46,224 bases of DNA from an uncultured Candidatus Saccharibacteria bacterium (GTDB lineage: Bacteria > Patescibacteriota > Minisyncoccia > Phycocordibacterales > Phycocordibacteraceae): assembly GCA_964357285.1 (NCBI GenBank), contig CAYHKM010000001.1:1-46224 (forward strand), in the 5' to 3' direction. Positions 27,923-35,814 of the stretch are shown in pieces (within the stretch, counting starts at the first letter, position 1; each line of letters opens with the position of its first letter). Position numbers and translations under genes: made by a program. The notes below the pieces were generated by a model. The model was given only the letters and a program-made list of their open reading frames with translations, made no database searches and was not told the origin of the DNA.

Positions 27923-28660
27923 ATGACTGACGGAAAAACAATACTCGTGACGGGGGGCACCGGCCTTCTCGGAAGCCATATCCTTTCCTTGGACTCTGCG
28001 CTTGTGGCACCTCTGCACACGGAATTCGATATCGCCGATCTCGCCTCGGTCGAACGCGCGCTCGACCGCGTGAAGCCCGACACGGTCCTGCATCTCGCTG
28101 CTGCCACGAAGCCTCCGGAGCACGAGAAATCTCCCGAGCCGGGCCTCACGGTGAACATCATCGGTACGGCGAACGTCGCCCTTGCGTCCTCTCGTCGCGG
28201 TATCCGCGTCGTTTATACCTCGACCGATTACCTTTATGTCGGGCCGGGCCCGCACAAAGAGGAAGAACCCATCAGCCCGCCGTACAAATTTGCCTGGTCG
28301 AAATTGGGCGGGGAAGCTGCGGTCGCCCTCATCCCGCGCCACCTCATCCTCCGGCTTTCGTTCGGTCCCGTCCCGTTCCCGTGGGAGAAGGTATATGAAG
28401 GGCAATGGAATTCAAAGCTGTATGTCGATGAGATGGCGCCTCTCGTCTTAGCGCTCGCAAAAACCGATGCGGCCGGCATCATGAACGTCGGCGGCCCCCG
28501 GATGACCTTGGAAGCGTATGCGCGGCGCACGCGCCCCGACATCACGATCATACCGAAGCCGGAGTGGGTGCCCGCTGATACCTCTCTCGATACCGCGAAG
28601 CTTGAGGCGGCGCTCGGCATCACGGACATCGGAAGCGTCCTCATCCATGGCATACACTAA
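27923..28660 (+). CDS. RmlD-like (dTDP-4-dehydro-6-deoxyhexose reductase-like) SDR, short
   Basis: Start trimmed to ATG 27923. ILVTGGTGLLGSHI, VLHLAAATK, YTSTDYLY. SPPYKFAWSKLGGE aligns to the RmlD motif SPxNxYGxTKLAGE, with Phe at the catalytic Tyr position. Confidence 0.6.
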   Translation: MTDGKTILVTGGTGLLGSHILSLDSALVAPLHTEFDIADLASVERALDRVKPDTVLHLAAATKPPEHEKSPEPGLTVNIIGTANVALASSRRGIRVVYTSTDYLYVGPGPHKEEEPISPPYKFAWSKLGGEAAVALIPRHLILRLSFGPVPFPWEKVYEGQWNSKLYVDEMAPLVLALAKTDAAGIMNVGGPRMTLEAYARRTRPDITIIPKPEWVPADTSLDTAKLEAALGITDIGSVLIHGIH

Positions 28661-29123
28661 AAACATCGAAGGCGTCGTCGTAAAGAAAGTGGTGGAACAT
28701 CGCGATAAGCGAGGGTTTTTCGCCGAACTCGTAAAATCTGGAGAACAGGCCTTCCACGAAGTTTTGCAGGCAAGCTACTCCGAAACCAACCCCGGCGTTA
28801 TAAAGGGTTTTCATATCCATGACTACTGGGAAGTGTGGTCGATTGTGAAAGGCCAGGCCCTCGTCGTGCTCCATGATTTGCGTCTCGCTTCTCCTTCAAA
28901 AGGAGCGACGCAGGTTATCCGCACGGGCGAAGATGATAAGATGATAATCGCTATTCCCGGTGAAGTAGCGCACGGTTACAAGTCCCTGGGTCCAGGCCCG
29001 ATGGGTATCATTTACCTCGCAAGCGAGGCCTATAATCCCGCGAACGTGACAATTCGCACCGTCCCTTTTGATGATTCGTCGATAGGGTTTGATTGGGACT
29101 CCGAGGGCCGTCAAAACGCATGA
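28647..29123 (+). CDS. RmlC-like cupin (NDP-4-keto-6-deoxyhexose 3,5- or 5-epimerase-like)
   Basis: Start trimmed to ATG 28647. HRDKRGFFAEL, IKGFHIH, GEVAHGY. 158 aa. Confidence 0.7.
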   Translation: MAYTKNIEGVVVKKVVEHRDKRGFFAELVKSGEQAFHEVLQASYSETNPGVIKGFHIHDYWEVWSIVKGQALVVLHDLRLASPSKGATQVIRTGEDDKMIIAIPGEVAHGYKSLGPGPMGIIYLASEAYNPANVTIRTVPFDDSSIGFDWDSEGRQNA

Positions 29124-29533
29124 AGGTTGCGCGATCAGGAAGGATACAGATACAGGAAATTCCGGACGCCGCGCGCGGCTCCATCACCGTTTTTGAGCGC
29201 GGGCTTCCGTTCTCGGTCAAGCGCGTGTACGCGATACACGGCGTCACCGACCTGAGGGCGGTGCGCGGCGGACACGCGCACAAAAAGAACGACCAAGCGC
29301 TTTTCATGCTGAAAGGGGCGCTCACGCTCAACCTCGACGATGGCGTCATACAGGAATCGGTCCGCGTCGCGGCGGGGGAGGCGGGAGTCCTACTTCGCCC
29401 AATGCTATGGCACTCGATGAGCGATTTCACCGAGGATGCCATCGCGCTCGTCCTCGCGAGCGAGCCGTACGATGAGAGCGATTACATTCGCGATTACGAG
29501 GAATTCAAGAAGCATGAAAGTCCCGTTCAATGA
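29120..29533 (+). CDS. FdtA/WxcM-like dTDP-4-keto-6-deoxyhexose 3,4-ketoisomerase
   Basis: Start trimmed to ATG 29120 (ATGA overlap). FSVKRVYAI...VRGGHAHKK...MLWHSM is typical of the WxcM_C/FdtA cupin. 137 aa. Confidence 0.7.
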   Translation: MKVARSGRIQIQEIPDAARGSITVFERGLPFSVKRVYAIHGVTDLRAVRGGHAHKKNDQALFMLKGALTLNLDDGVIQESVRVAAGEAGVLLRPMLWHSMSDFTEDAIALVLASEPYDESDYIRDYEEFKKHESPVQ

Positions 29534-30608
29534 CTTGTCGCGCCGCGCCGCGCTCCACAAGAGCGAGCTCGTGCGCGTTTTAGAGCGGGTCGCCGCATCC
29601 GGCTGGTACATCTTGGGGCCCGAAGTGAAAGCGTTCGAAGAGGCGTTCGCTTCGTTCATCGGCGTGAAGCACGTCGTGGGCGTCAATTCAGGAACGGACG
29701 CTCTGGCGCTTGCCTTGCGCGCGCTCGGCGTCGGGGCGGGAGACGAGGTCGTGACGGTCGGGAATACCGCGACCGCGACCGTGGCCGCGATCCGGATGGC
29801 CGGCGCGACCCCGATATTCGCGGACATCCTCGACGACTATACGATGAACCCCGCCGACTTCGAGCGGCGCATCACCCCGAAGACCAAAGCAGTCATCCCC
29901 GTCCACCTGTACGGATTCCCGGCCGATATGGAACAAATATGCGCCATTGCCGAGAAGCGCGGCATCAAGGTCCTCGAGGACGCGGCGCAGGCGCACGGCG
30001 CGACCATAGGCGAGAAACAAGTCGGCACGTTCGGCGACGTGAGCGCGTTCAGTTTTTATCCGACGAAGAACCTCGGGGCCCTGGGGGACGGTGGAGCGGT
30101 CGCGACGAATGACATGACGCTTGCGGAGAGGGTGCGGCGCCTCCGGCAGTACGGATGGGCAAAACGCGACGACGCGGCGGAAGAAGGGGTCAACAGCCGC
30201 CTCGATGAAATCCAAGCGGCACTCCTCACATGGGCACTCCCGCATCTTTCCGCATGGAACGGACGAAGGACCGAGGTCGCCGAGCGATACCGCTCCGGCA
30301 TCACGAATCCCGCCGTCGTCCTTCCTTCCGAAAAAGAGGGGACGCGTCAGGGCGTGTGGCACCTATTCGAGGTCCAGGTCGACGACCGCGCGCGGTTCAC
30401 GAAGCACATGGAAGAGCGCGGCATCGGGACCGCCATCCACTATTCGACCCCTATCTACCGTATGAAGGGCTATGGATTCCTCGGCGTCGACCCCGGAGAA
30501 TATCCGGTGACCGAGCGCATCACTCCGCGCATCGTCTCCCTCCCGATGTTTCCGGAGCTTACCGATGCCGAAGTCGACGCGGTCATCGAAGCGGTGAACG
30601 CGTACTAA
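29514..30608 (+). CDS. DegT/DnrJ/EryC1/StrS-family PLP-dependent sugar aminotransferase
   Basis: Start trimmed to ATG 29514. VPFNDL..., GPEVKAFEEAFA, VNSGTDALALAL, FSFYPTKNLGALGDGGAV (PLP Lys). Confidence 0.9.
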   Translation: MKVPFNDLSRRAALHKSELVRVLERVAASGWYILGPEVKAFEEAFASFIGVKHVVGVNSGTDALALALRALGVGAGDEVVTVGNTATATVAAIRMAGATPIFADILDDYTMNPADFERRITPKTKAVIPVHLYGFPADMEQICAIAEKRGIKVLEDAAQAHGATIGEKQVGTFGDVSAFSFYPTKNLGALGDGGAVATNDMTLAERVRRLRQYGWAKRDDAAEEGVNSRLDEIQAALLTWALPHLSAWNGRRTEVAERYRSGITNPAVVLPSEKEGTRQGVWHLFEVQVDDRARFTKHMEERGIGTAIHYSTPIYRMKGYGFLGVDPGEYPVTERITPRIVSLPMFPELTDAEVDAVIEAVNAY

Positions 30609-30609
30609 C

Positions 30610-31578
30610 TCACACGCCGAGCTTCTTTTTGTAGTGCGCTACGGTAGCCCGGAGGCCGTCCGGAAACAGGGTCACGGGCTTCCAGCCGAGTTTGCGCGCG
30701 GCTCTCGATGAATCAAGCGAGTAGCGGAAATCGTGGCCCAAGCGGTCCGTGACCGGTTCAATGAGCCCTTCATCCGCGCCGAGCCCGCGCGCGAGCATAC
30801 GCGCTACCTCGATATTGGGTAGCTCATCCGCACCGCCGAGATTGTATATCTCGCCCGCCGCTCCTTTATGGAACGCCGCATCGACCCCCTCGACATGGTC
30901 GTCAACGTATATCCAATTCCGTATGTTCTCTCCGGTGCCGTACAAAGGCGCCCTTTTCCCGGCCATAAAACGCTCGATGAAAAGCGGCATGAATTTCTCC
31001 CGGTGCTGTCCGGGGCCGTAGTTGTTAGAACCGCGGGTTATGACAGTATCCACCCCGAAGGTCTCATGATAGGCGCGGACGACGAGGTCGGCCGCGGCCT
31101 TCGACGCGCTGTAGGGGCTCCGGGGCCTCAAGGGAGCATCTTCCTTCGTCGAGGGCTCCGCGGGGCCTAAGGAGCCGTAGACCTCGTCGGTTGAAATCTG
31201 ATGGAATCGCACGATTTTTGCGGCGCGAGCGCACTCGAGGAGGTTTTCGGTCCCGAGAACGTTAGTTTCGATGAAGATGTGCGGACCGGTTATGGAATTA
31301 TCGACGTGGCTTTCCGCCGCGAAATTAATCACGTGGGTTGGCGCGTACTTCGCGAAGATTTTTTCGAGGGAAGGGAAGTCGCGGATATCGGCTTTCTCGA
31401 ACGCATAATTCACTGCCTCGGCGACCGTGATATTCCCGAGGTCGGCCGCGTAGGTGAGAGCATCAACGTTCACGAACCGGTACGATGGATAGCGTGGCAC
31501 CATGCGGTTCAAGTACGCGCTCCCGATGAAGCCCGCCCCACCGGTCACGAGGATTATTTTTTTGTAGTTATCGCTCAT
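30610..31578 (-). CDS. rfbB: dTDP-glucose 4,6-dehydratase, second copy
   Basis: Start trimmed to ATG at 31578. ILVTGGAGFIGSAYLNRM, NVDALTYAADLGNI, QISTDEVYG, YSASKAAADLV. Confidence 0.9.
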   Translation of the reverse strand: MSDNYKKIILVTGGAGFIGSAYLNRMVPRYPSYRFVNVDALTYAADLGNITVAEAVNYAFEKADIRDFPSLEKIFAKYAPTHVINFAAESHVDNSITGPHIFIETNVLGTENLLECARAAKIVRFHQISTDEVYGSLGPAEPSTKEDAPLRPRSPYSASKAAADLVVRAYHETFGVDTVITRGSNNYGPGQHREKFMPLFIERFMAGKRAPLYGTGENIRNWIYVDDHVEGVDAAFHKGAAGEIYNLGGADELPNIEVARMLARGLGADEGLIEPVTDRLGHDFRYSLDSSRAARKLGWKPVTLFPDGLRATVAHYKKKLGV

Positions 31579-31657
31579 AGGCCGCCCGCTTGTCCCGTAG
31601 CCGACGCAAAGCGTCGTGATATCGGGGTAACCACTATCGTCTTTTCGTATGCGGCCA

Positions 31658-32416
31658 TCACCCTCCCTTCGCGTCATTCCTGCGCACGCGCACGCGTTCT
31701 GATGCCTTGAAGAGTGAATCAAAAGTCCCGACATCGAACCATGCCTCTTTCAGCATGACTGCAGTGAGTTTCTTTTCCACGAGGTATTTGTTGTTGACGT
31801 AGGTTATCTCGTACTCACCACGCGATGACGGTTGCTGGTCCTCCATTTTCTTGAACACGGTCTCGTCGTAGATGTAGATGCCTGCGACCGCGAGGTCGCT
31901 CTTCGGCTTTGTCGGCTTCTCTTCTATTGAGATAACCGTGCCATCCGGCGCGACCTCCGCTACGCCGAAGCGCTCCGGATCAGCGACTTTCTTTAGGAAT
32001 ACCGTCGCGCCACTTTTGAAATTCTTGATATGCGGCGCGAGGTCGTCCTCGATGTAATTGTCTCCGAGATAGAGGACGCACGGCTCGCCTTCGATGTAGT
32101 CCTTCGCGATGAAAAGCCCCTGCGCGATGCCGCCGGGCTCATTCTGAATGCCGTAGATGATCTGTATCTGTTTTTCGGGGCCCTCTATCGGTTTCCAGTG
32201 CTGGCCCGAGCCGAGGACGTGCGCGAAATCGTCCAAGTGCTGGGGACCCGTCACCACCATGATGCGATTTATGCCCGCGCGGACGAGATTATCAATCGCG
32301 TAGTAGATGACCGGCCGGTCGTAGAGGGGAAGAAGGTGTTTATTTGTCGCGAACGTTACCGGCTGAAGCCGCGTCCCCGAGCCCCCCGCGAGGATGACCG
32401 CTTTCCGTATCTTCAT
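31658..32416 (-). CDS. rfbA: glucose-1-phosphate thymidylyltransferase-like sugar nucleotidyltransferase (short form)
   Basis: Start trimmed to ATG at 32416. KAVILAGGSGTRLQPVTFATNKHLLPLYDRPVIYYAI. 252 aa. Confidence 0.8.
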   Translation of the reverse strand: MKIRKAVILAGGSGTRLQPVTFATNKHLLPLYDRPVIYYAIDNLVRAGINRIMVVTGPQHLDDFAHVLGSGQHWKPIEGPEKQIQIIYGIQNEPGGIAQGLFIAKDYIEGEPCVLYLGDNYIEDDLAPHIKNFKSGATVFLKKVADPERFGVAEVAPDGTVISIEEKPTKPKSDLAVAGIYIYDETVFKKMEDQQPSSRGEYEITYVNNKYLVEKKLTAVMLKEAWFDVGTFDSLFKASERVRVRRNDAKGG

Positions 32417-32481
32417 GATTATCCGTACGATAGCACGGGGTATCGTTCCTATGAATACTCGCGCGTGCACCTCGTGGTAAC

Positions 32482-33219
32482 ATGCTGGCCACGGAAAAGC
32501 CCGCCCGCGCCATGACGCACTTCGACCATCTTCAGAGGCATCTTCCCGACCTCATGAAGCGGAACATCCTCGACATTGGCGCCGGTCGCGGCAAGTTCGT
32601 GATTGACGCCGCAGAGCGCGGCGCCGCTGTGGTTGGGCTCGAGCCGCACAGTGCATATCGCGATGAAATCGGAAAACGCGCGGCGGAACGGAATCTTGCC
32701 GTGCGCGTCATCCCCGGCTCCGGCGAGAAGTTACCCTTCCCCGACGGGTCATTCGGATTCGCGAACGTCTCCGAGGTGATTGAGCACGTCGAAGAACCGG
32801 AGAAGGTGGCACGTGAGGTGTTCCGCGTACTTAAGGCAGGGGGAGCCGCATACGTGAGCGTTCCGAACCGCTTCGGGTTCAAGGATCAGCATTTTCATCT
32901 CTACTTCGTGAACTGGCTCCCGCGCGTATGGGCCGACGCATTCATATCGCTTTTCGGGCGTCATAAGGATTACCGAAGCGCCGCAGGACGGCAGCGGCTC
33001 GCTGACATGCATTACATGACGTATCCCGCGGCCCGCCGTCTCTTCTTGATAGCGGGATTCTCCGTCACGGATATGCGCGAAACGCGCATCAGGGGTGTAG
33101 CAGGGTTCTTCACTCCGCTCGCGCTCGCGGCGTACGGATTGCTCCGCGCGTTCTATTTCGATTCGTTTCATCTCCTTCTTACCAAGGAGAGCAGGGGACC
33201 CAGGGCGACGATGGTATAG
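32482..33219 (+). CDS. class I SAM-dependent methyltransferase
   Basis: ILDIGAGRGKFVIDAA, FANVSEVIEHV, LKAGGAAYVSVP. Confidence 0.75.
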   Translation: MLATEKPARAMTHFDHLQRHLPDLMKRNILDIGAGRGKFVIDAAERGAAVVGLEPHSAYRDEIGKRAAERNLAVRVIPGSGEKLPFPDGSFGFANVSEVIEHVEEPEKVAREVFRVLKAGGAAYVSVPNRFGFKDQHFHLYFVNWLPRVWADAFISLFGRHKDYRSAAGRQRLADMHYMTYPAARRLFLIAGFSVTDMRETRIRGVAGFFTPLALAAYGLLRAFYFDSFHLLLTKESRGPRATMV

Positions 33220-33220
33220 T
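33212..33220 (+). promoter_or_regulatory. extended -10 TGgTATAGT, 6 nt before ATG 33227
   Basis: TGGTATAGTttctctATG. The motif overlaps the stop codon of the upstream methyltransferase. No SD. Confidence 0.4.
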
Positions 33221-33226
33221 TTCTCT

Positions 33227-35455
33227 ATGAAAACGGAAAAACTCCTACGGCAGGCGCTCATCGCTCTTCTCTTTCTTGTCCCGTTCATACCCCTCATCGT
33301 CGCGAACCCGCTCTTCTTCCCGTTCATCACTGGCAAGAATTTCGCATTCCGCGTCCTCGTCGAGTTCGCCTTCGGCCTCTGGATTCTGCTCGCTCTCAAG
33401 GACCCTTCTACGCGACCCCGACGCTCGGCTCTCTTCGGCGCGCTCCTCCTTTTCATAGCGACCCTCGGCATTTCGACCTTCCTCGGGGAAAATCCTTCGA
33501 AGAGCTTCTGGTCGAATTTCGAGCGTATGGAGGGATGGATATCGGTCCTCCATTGGGGCGCATACTTCGTCGTCCTCACTTCCGTATTCACTACGGAACG
33601 GATCTGGCGGGCGTTCTGGACCACGTCCATAGGCGTTTCCGTCATCCTCGGCATCTACGGCCTCTTCCAGCTCGGAGGGTTTCTCCCCATCAATCAGGGC
33701 GGCGTGCGTGTTGATGCGACCTTCGGAAACGCGACCTATCTCGCGGTCTACATGCTCTTCAGCGCATTCGTGACCATGCTCGCGCTCACGCGTTGGGCCC
33801 GGGGACCAATGATGAAGGCGGGGTACGCCCTCGCGCTCGCCCTCCAGCTCATCATGATCTACTACACAGCGACGCGCGGCACCATACTCGGCCTCGTCGG
33901 CGGTCTCTTTCTCGCGGGCCTCATCCTCATTATCTTCGGCAAAGGAAATGCAGCGCTCCGGAAATGGGGCGCGGGAGCCGCGGCCGTGGTTCTCCTCATC
34001 GTAGGCTCATTCTTCCTCTTCAAGGATTCGGAATTCGTGAAAAACAACGAAGTGCTCCAACGCTTCGCGTCCATCTCCTTGTCCGAAGCCTCGACGCGCT
34101 TCACCATTTGGTCGATGGCAGTTCAGGGAGCACTGGAGCGCCCGGTCTTCGGGTGGGGGCAGGAAGGCTTCAACTACGTCTTCAACGAGTACTACGACGC
34201 CTCTCTTTACAAGCAGGAACAATGGTTCGACCGCGCACACAACCAGTATCTCGATTGGCTCGTCGCCGGCGGATTCCTCGGCTTCGCGCTCTATGGGTCG
34301 TTCTACCTCATCCTCCTGTGGTACCTCTGGAGGACGCCGAAATCACTCCCCGTTGCATCCGTTCAGAGGGCGGGAATCGCATCCGACAACGGCTTCGATG
34401 TGACGGAGCGCGCGCTCATGACGGGCCTCCTCGCTGGCTACGCATTCCACAACCTCTTCGTCTTCGATAACCTCATGAGTTCGGTTCTCTTCCTATCCTT
34501 GATGGCGTATCTCACCATGCGCGCTCGCCCCGCGGACGAGCCTGCGCCGAAGGGTGCCCAGCTCGCGGGGACGCCATGGTACGCGGGAGCCGCGATCCTC
34601 GCCGTGACTGTCGTCATCGTGTACGCCGCGAATGCTCCCGGCATCACCCGCGCATCAAACCTTATTGAAGCGCTAAAGCCGAAGACCGAGAACCTCGCCC
34701 CGAACCTCGAATACTTCAAGAAAACCCTGACAGGTGGCGGCATCGGGCGGCAAGAGGCACATGAACAGCTGATGCAGTTCGCCACTGAACTCGGGACCAA
34801 TCAGAACCTCATCGCCCGCTCGACCCCGCAGTTCCGGGCCGAAGTATTCGCCTACACGGCGGGGAAGCTCGCCGAAGAGGTGGCGCGCGAACCGAACGAC
34901 GCTCGGGTACAGCTCTTTTATGGAGCGTTCCTCCACCAGATAGGCGATATCGCCGGGGCGCAGGCGCCGCTCCTGAAAGCCCAAGAACTCTCACCTCAGA
35001 AGCAGGCCATCCTTTTCGAGCTCGGCATCCTCGCCCTTGACGCCGGGAATGCAGAGGGGGCTCTCGAGTGGCTCCGGACAGCCTATGAGCTCGAGCCATC
35101 GTATGATCAAGCGCGGATCTACTACGCGATGGTTGCGATCAGGGTCGGGAGGCGCGACATCGCCGACGCGCTCCTCATGGAGCGGTACGGGACCGTGACC
35201 CCGGACAACGACTACGTTCTTCAGGCATACCTTGACATCAAGGAATACGACATCGTCGTCCGGATTCTCGAGACGCGCGTCGCTGGGCACCCCGATGACG
35301 CGCAGGTGCGTCTGAACCTTGCCGCGGCATATCTTCAGGCGGACCGCCGACAGGAATCGGTCTCAGCGATCCGCGAGGCGATCCGTCTGAATCCTGCATT
35401 CAAAACACAGGGTGAAGAATATATCCGCATCATCGAGTCGGGACAGAACCCCTGA
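33227..35455 (+). CDS. Wzy_C (O-antigen ligase / O-oligosaccharyltransferase-like) polytopic membrane protein with C-terminal TPR repeats
   Basis: About 12 hydrophobic segments. Wzy_C loop FDRAHNQYLDWLVAGGFLGF. The C-terminal ~250 aa carry TPR-like AxxxLxxAxxLxP repeats (e.g. AQELSPQKQAILFELGILALDAGNAEGALEWLRTAYELEPSY). Confidence 0.8.
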   Translation: MKTEKLLRQALIALLFLVPFIPLIVANPLFFPFITGKNFAFRVLVEFAFGLWILLALKDPSTRPRRSALFGALLLFIATLGISTFLGENPSKSFWSNFERMEGWISVLHWGAYFVVLTSVFTTERIWRAFWTTSIGVSVILGIYGLFQLGGFLPINQGGVRVDATFGNATYLAVYMLFSAFVTMLALTRWARGPMMKAGYALALALQLIMIYYTATRGTILGLVGGLFLAGLILIIFGKGNAALRKWGAGAAAVVLLIVGSFFLFKDSEFVKNNEVLQRFASISLSEASTRFTIWSMAVQGALERPVFGWGQEGFNYVFNEYYDASLYKQEQWFDRAHNQYLDWLVAGGFLGFALYGSFYLILLWYLWRTPKSLPVASVQRAGIASDNGFDVTERALMTGLLAGYAFHNLFVFDNLMSSVLFLSLMAYLTMRARPADEPAPKGAQLAGTPWYAGAAILAVTVVIVYAANAPGITRASNLIEALKPKTENLAPNLEYFKKTLTGGGIGRQEAHEQLMQFATELGTNQNLIARSTPQFRAEVFAYTAGKLAEEVAREPNDARVQLFYGAFLHQIGDIAGAQAPLLKAQELSPQKQAILFELGILALDAGNAEGALEWLRTAYELEPSYDQARIYYAMVAIRVGRRDIADALLMERYGTVTPDNDYVLQAYLDIKEYDIVVRILETRVAGHPDDAQVRLNLAAAYLQADRRQESVSAIREAIRLNPAFKTQGEEYIRIIESGQNP

Positions 35456-35456
35456 T

Positions 35457-35485
35457 TTGCAAAACGCCGTCTCGTGTGCTATCAT
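35457..35485 (+). promoter_or_regulatory. near-consensus sigma70 promoter TTGCAA-17 nt-TATCAT with TG extension
   Basis: TTGCAA 35457-62, 17-nt spacer ending TGc, TATCAT 35480-85. Starts 2 nt after the upstream stop codon. Confidence 0.5.
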
Positions 35486-35491
35486 GTCTTG

Positions 35492-35553
35492 GTGAGTGCT
35501 AGTGTTGCTAGCTCTACAAAAGTCTACGTAAGCCCCCGCGCAAGCGGGGTTTT
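35492..35553 (+). ncRNA. candidate ~60-nt small RNA or attenuated leader (promoter-to-terminator unit)
   Basis: Lies between the promoter above and the terminator below. Contains hairpin GCTAG-tgttg-CTAGC, then a GNRA-capped terminator hairpin. Confidence 0.3.
35534..35553 (+). terminator. intrinsic terminator CCCCGC-GCAA-GCGGGG + TTTT
   Basis: 6-bp GC stem with GCAA tetraloop, followed by TTTTGCGTTT. May also terminate the upstream 33227..35455 gene. Confidence 0.6.
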
Positions 35554-35618
35554 GCGTTTCTGATGCGCGATGCGCTTTCCGGGAACGCATGTCGAGGATC
35601 GGCGACAAAAGGCACGTT

Positions 35619-35677
35619 TTTGATATAGTGAACCCGTGTTGTCCGTGAGCCAGGCGGCCATGACCGACGGCACTCAC
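35619..35677 (+). repeat. tandem repeat copy 1 (TTGATATAGTGAACCCGTGTTGTCCGT...GACGGCACTCAC)
   Basis: Shares TTGATATAGTG-ACC-GTGTTGTCCGT, GCGGCC and CGGCACTCAC blocks with copy 2, 88 nt downstream. Begins with extended -10 TGaTATAGT (35621-29). Confidence 0.7.
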
Positions 35678-35706
35678 CGTAGGTATTGGCGGCACAGCAG
35701 GTATCC

Positions 35707-35759
35707 TTGATATAGTGGACCTGTGTTGTCCGTAGCATGCGGCCGACGGCGGCACTCAC
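35707..35759 (+). repeat. tandem repeat copy 2 (TTGATATAGTGGACCTGTGTTGTCCGT...GGCGGCACTCAC)
   Basis: See copy 1. Extended -10 TGaTATAGT at 35708-16. In this copy GTGTTGTCCGT can pair with ACGGCGGCAC (10 bp with one bulge). Confidence 0.7.
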
Positions 35760-35814
35760 ATAGATTTTTGCTTGGAGCTCGCACCCGTCGGTCGCATAGT
35801 GCGGATAACGTGCA

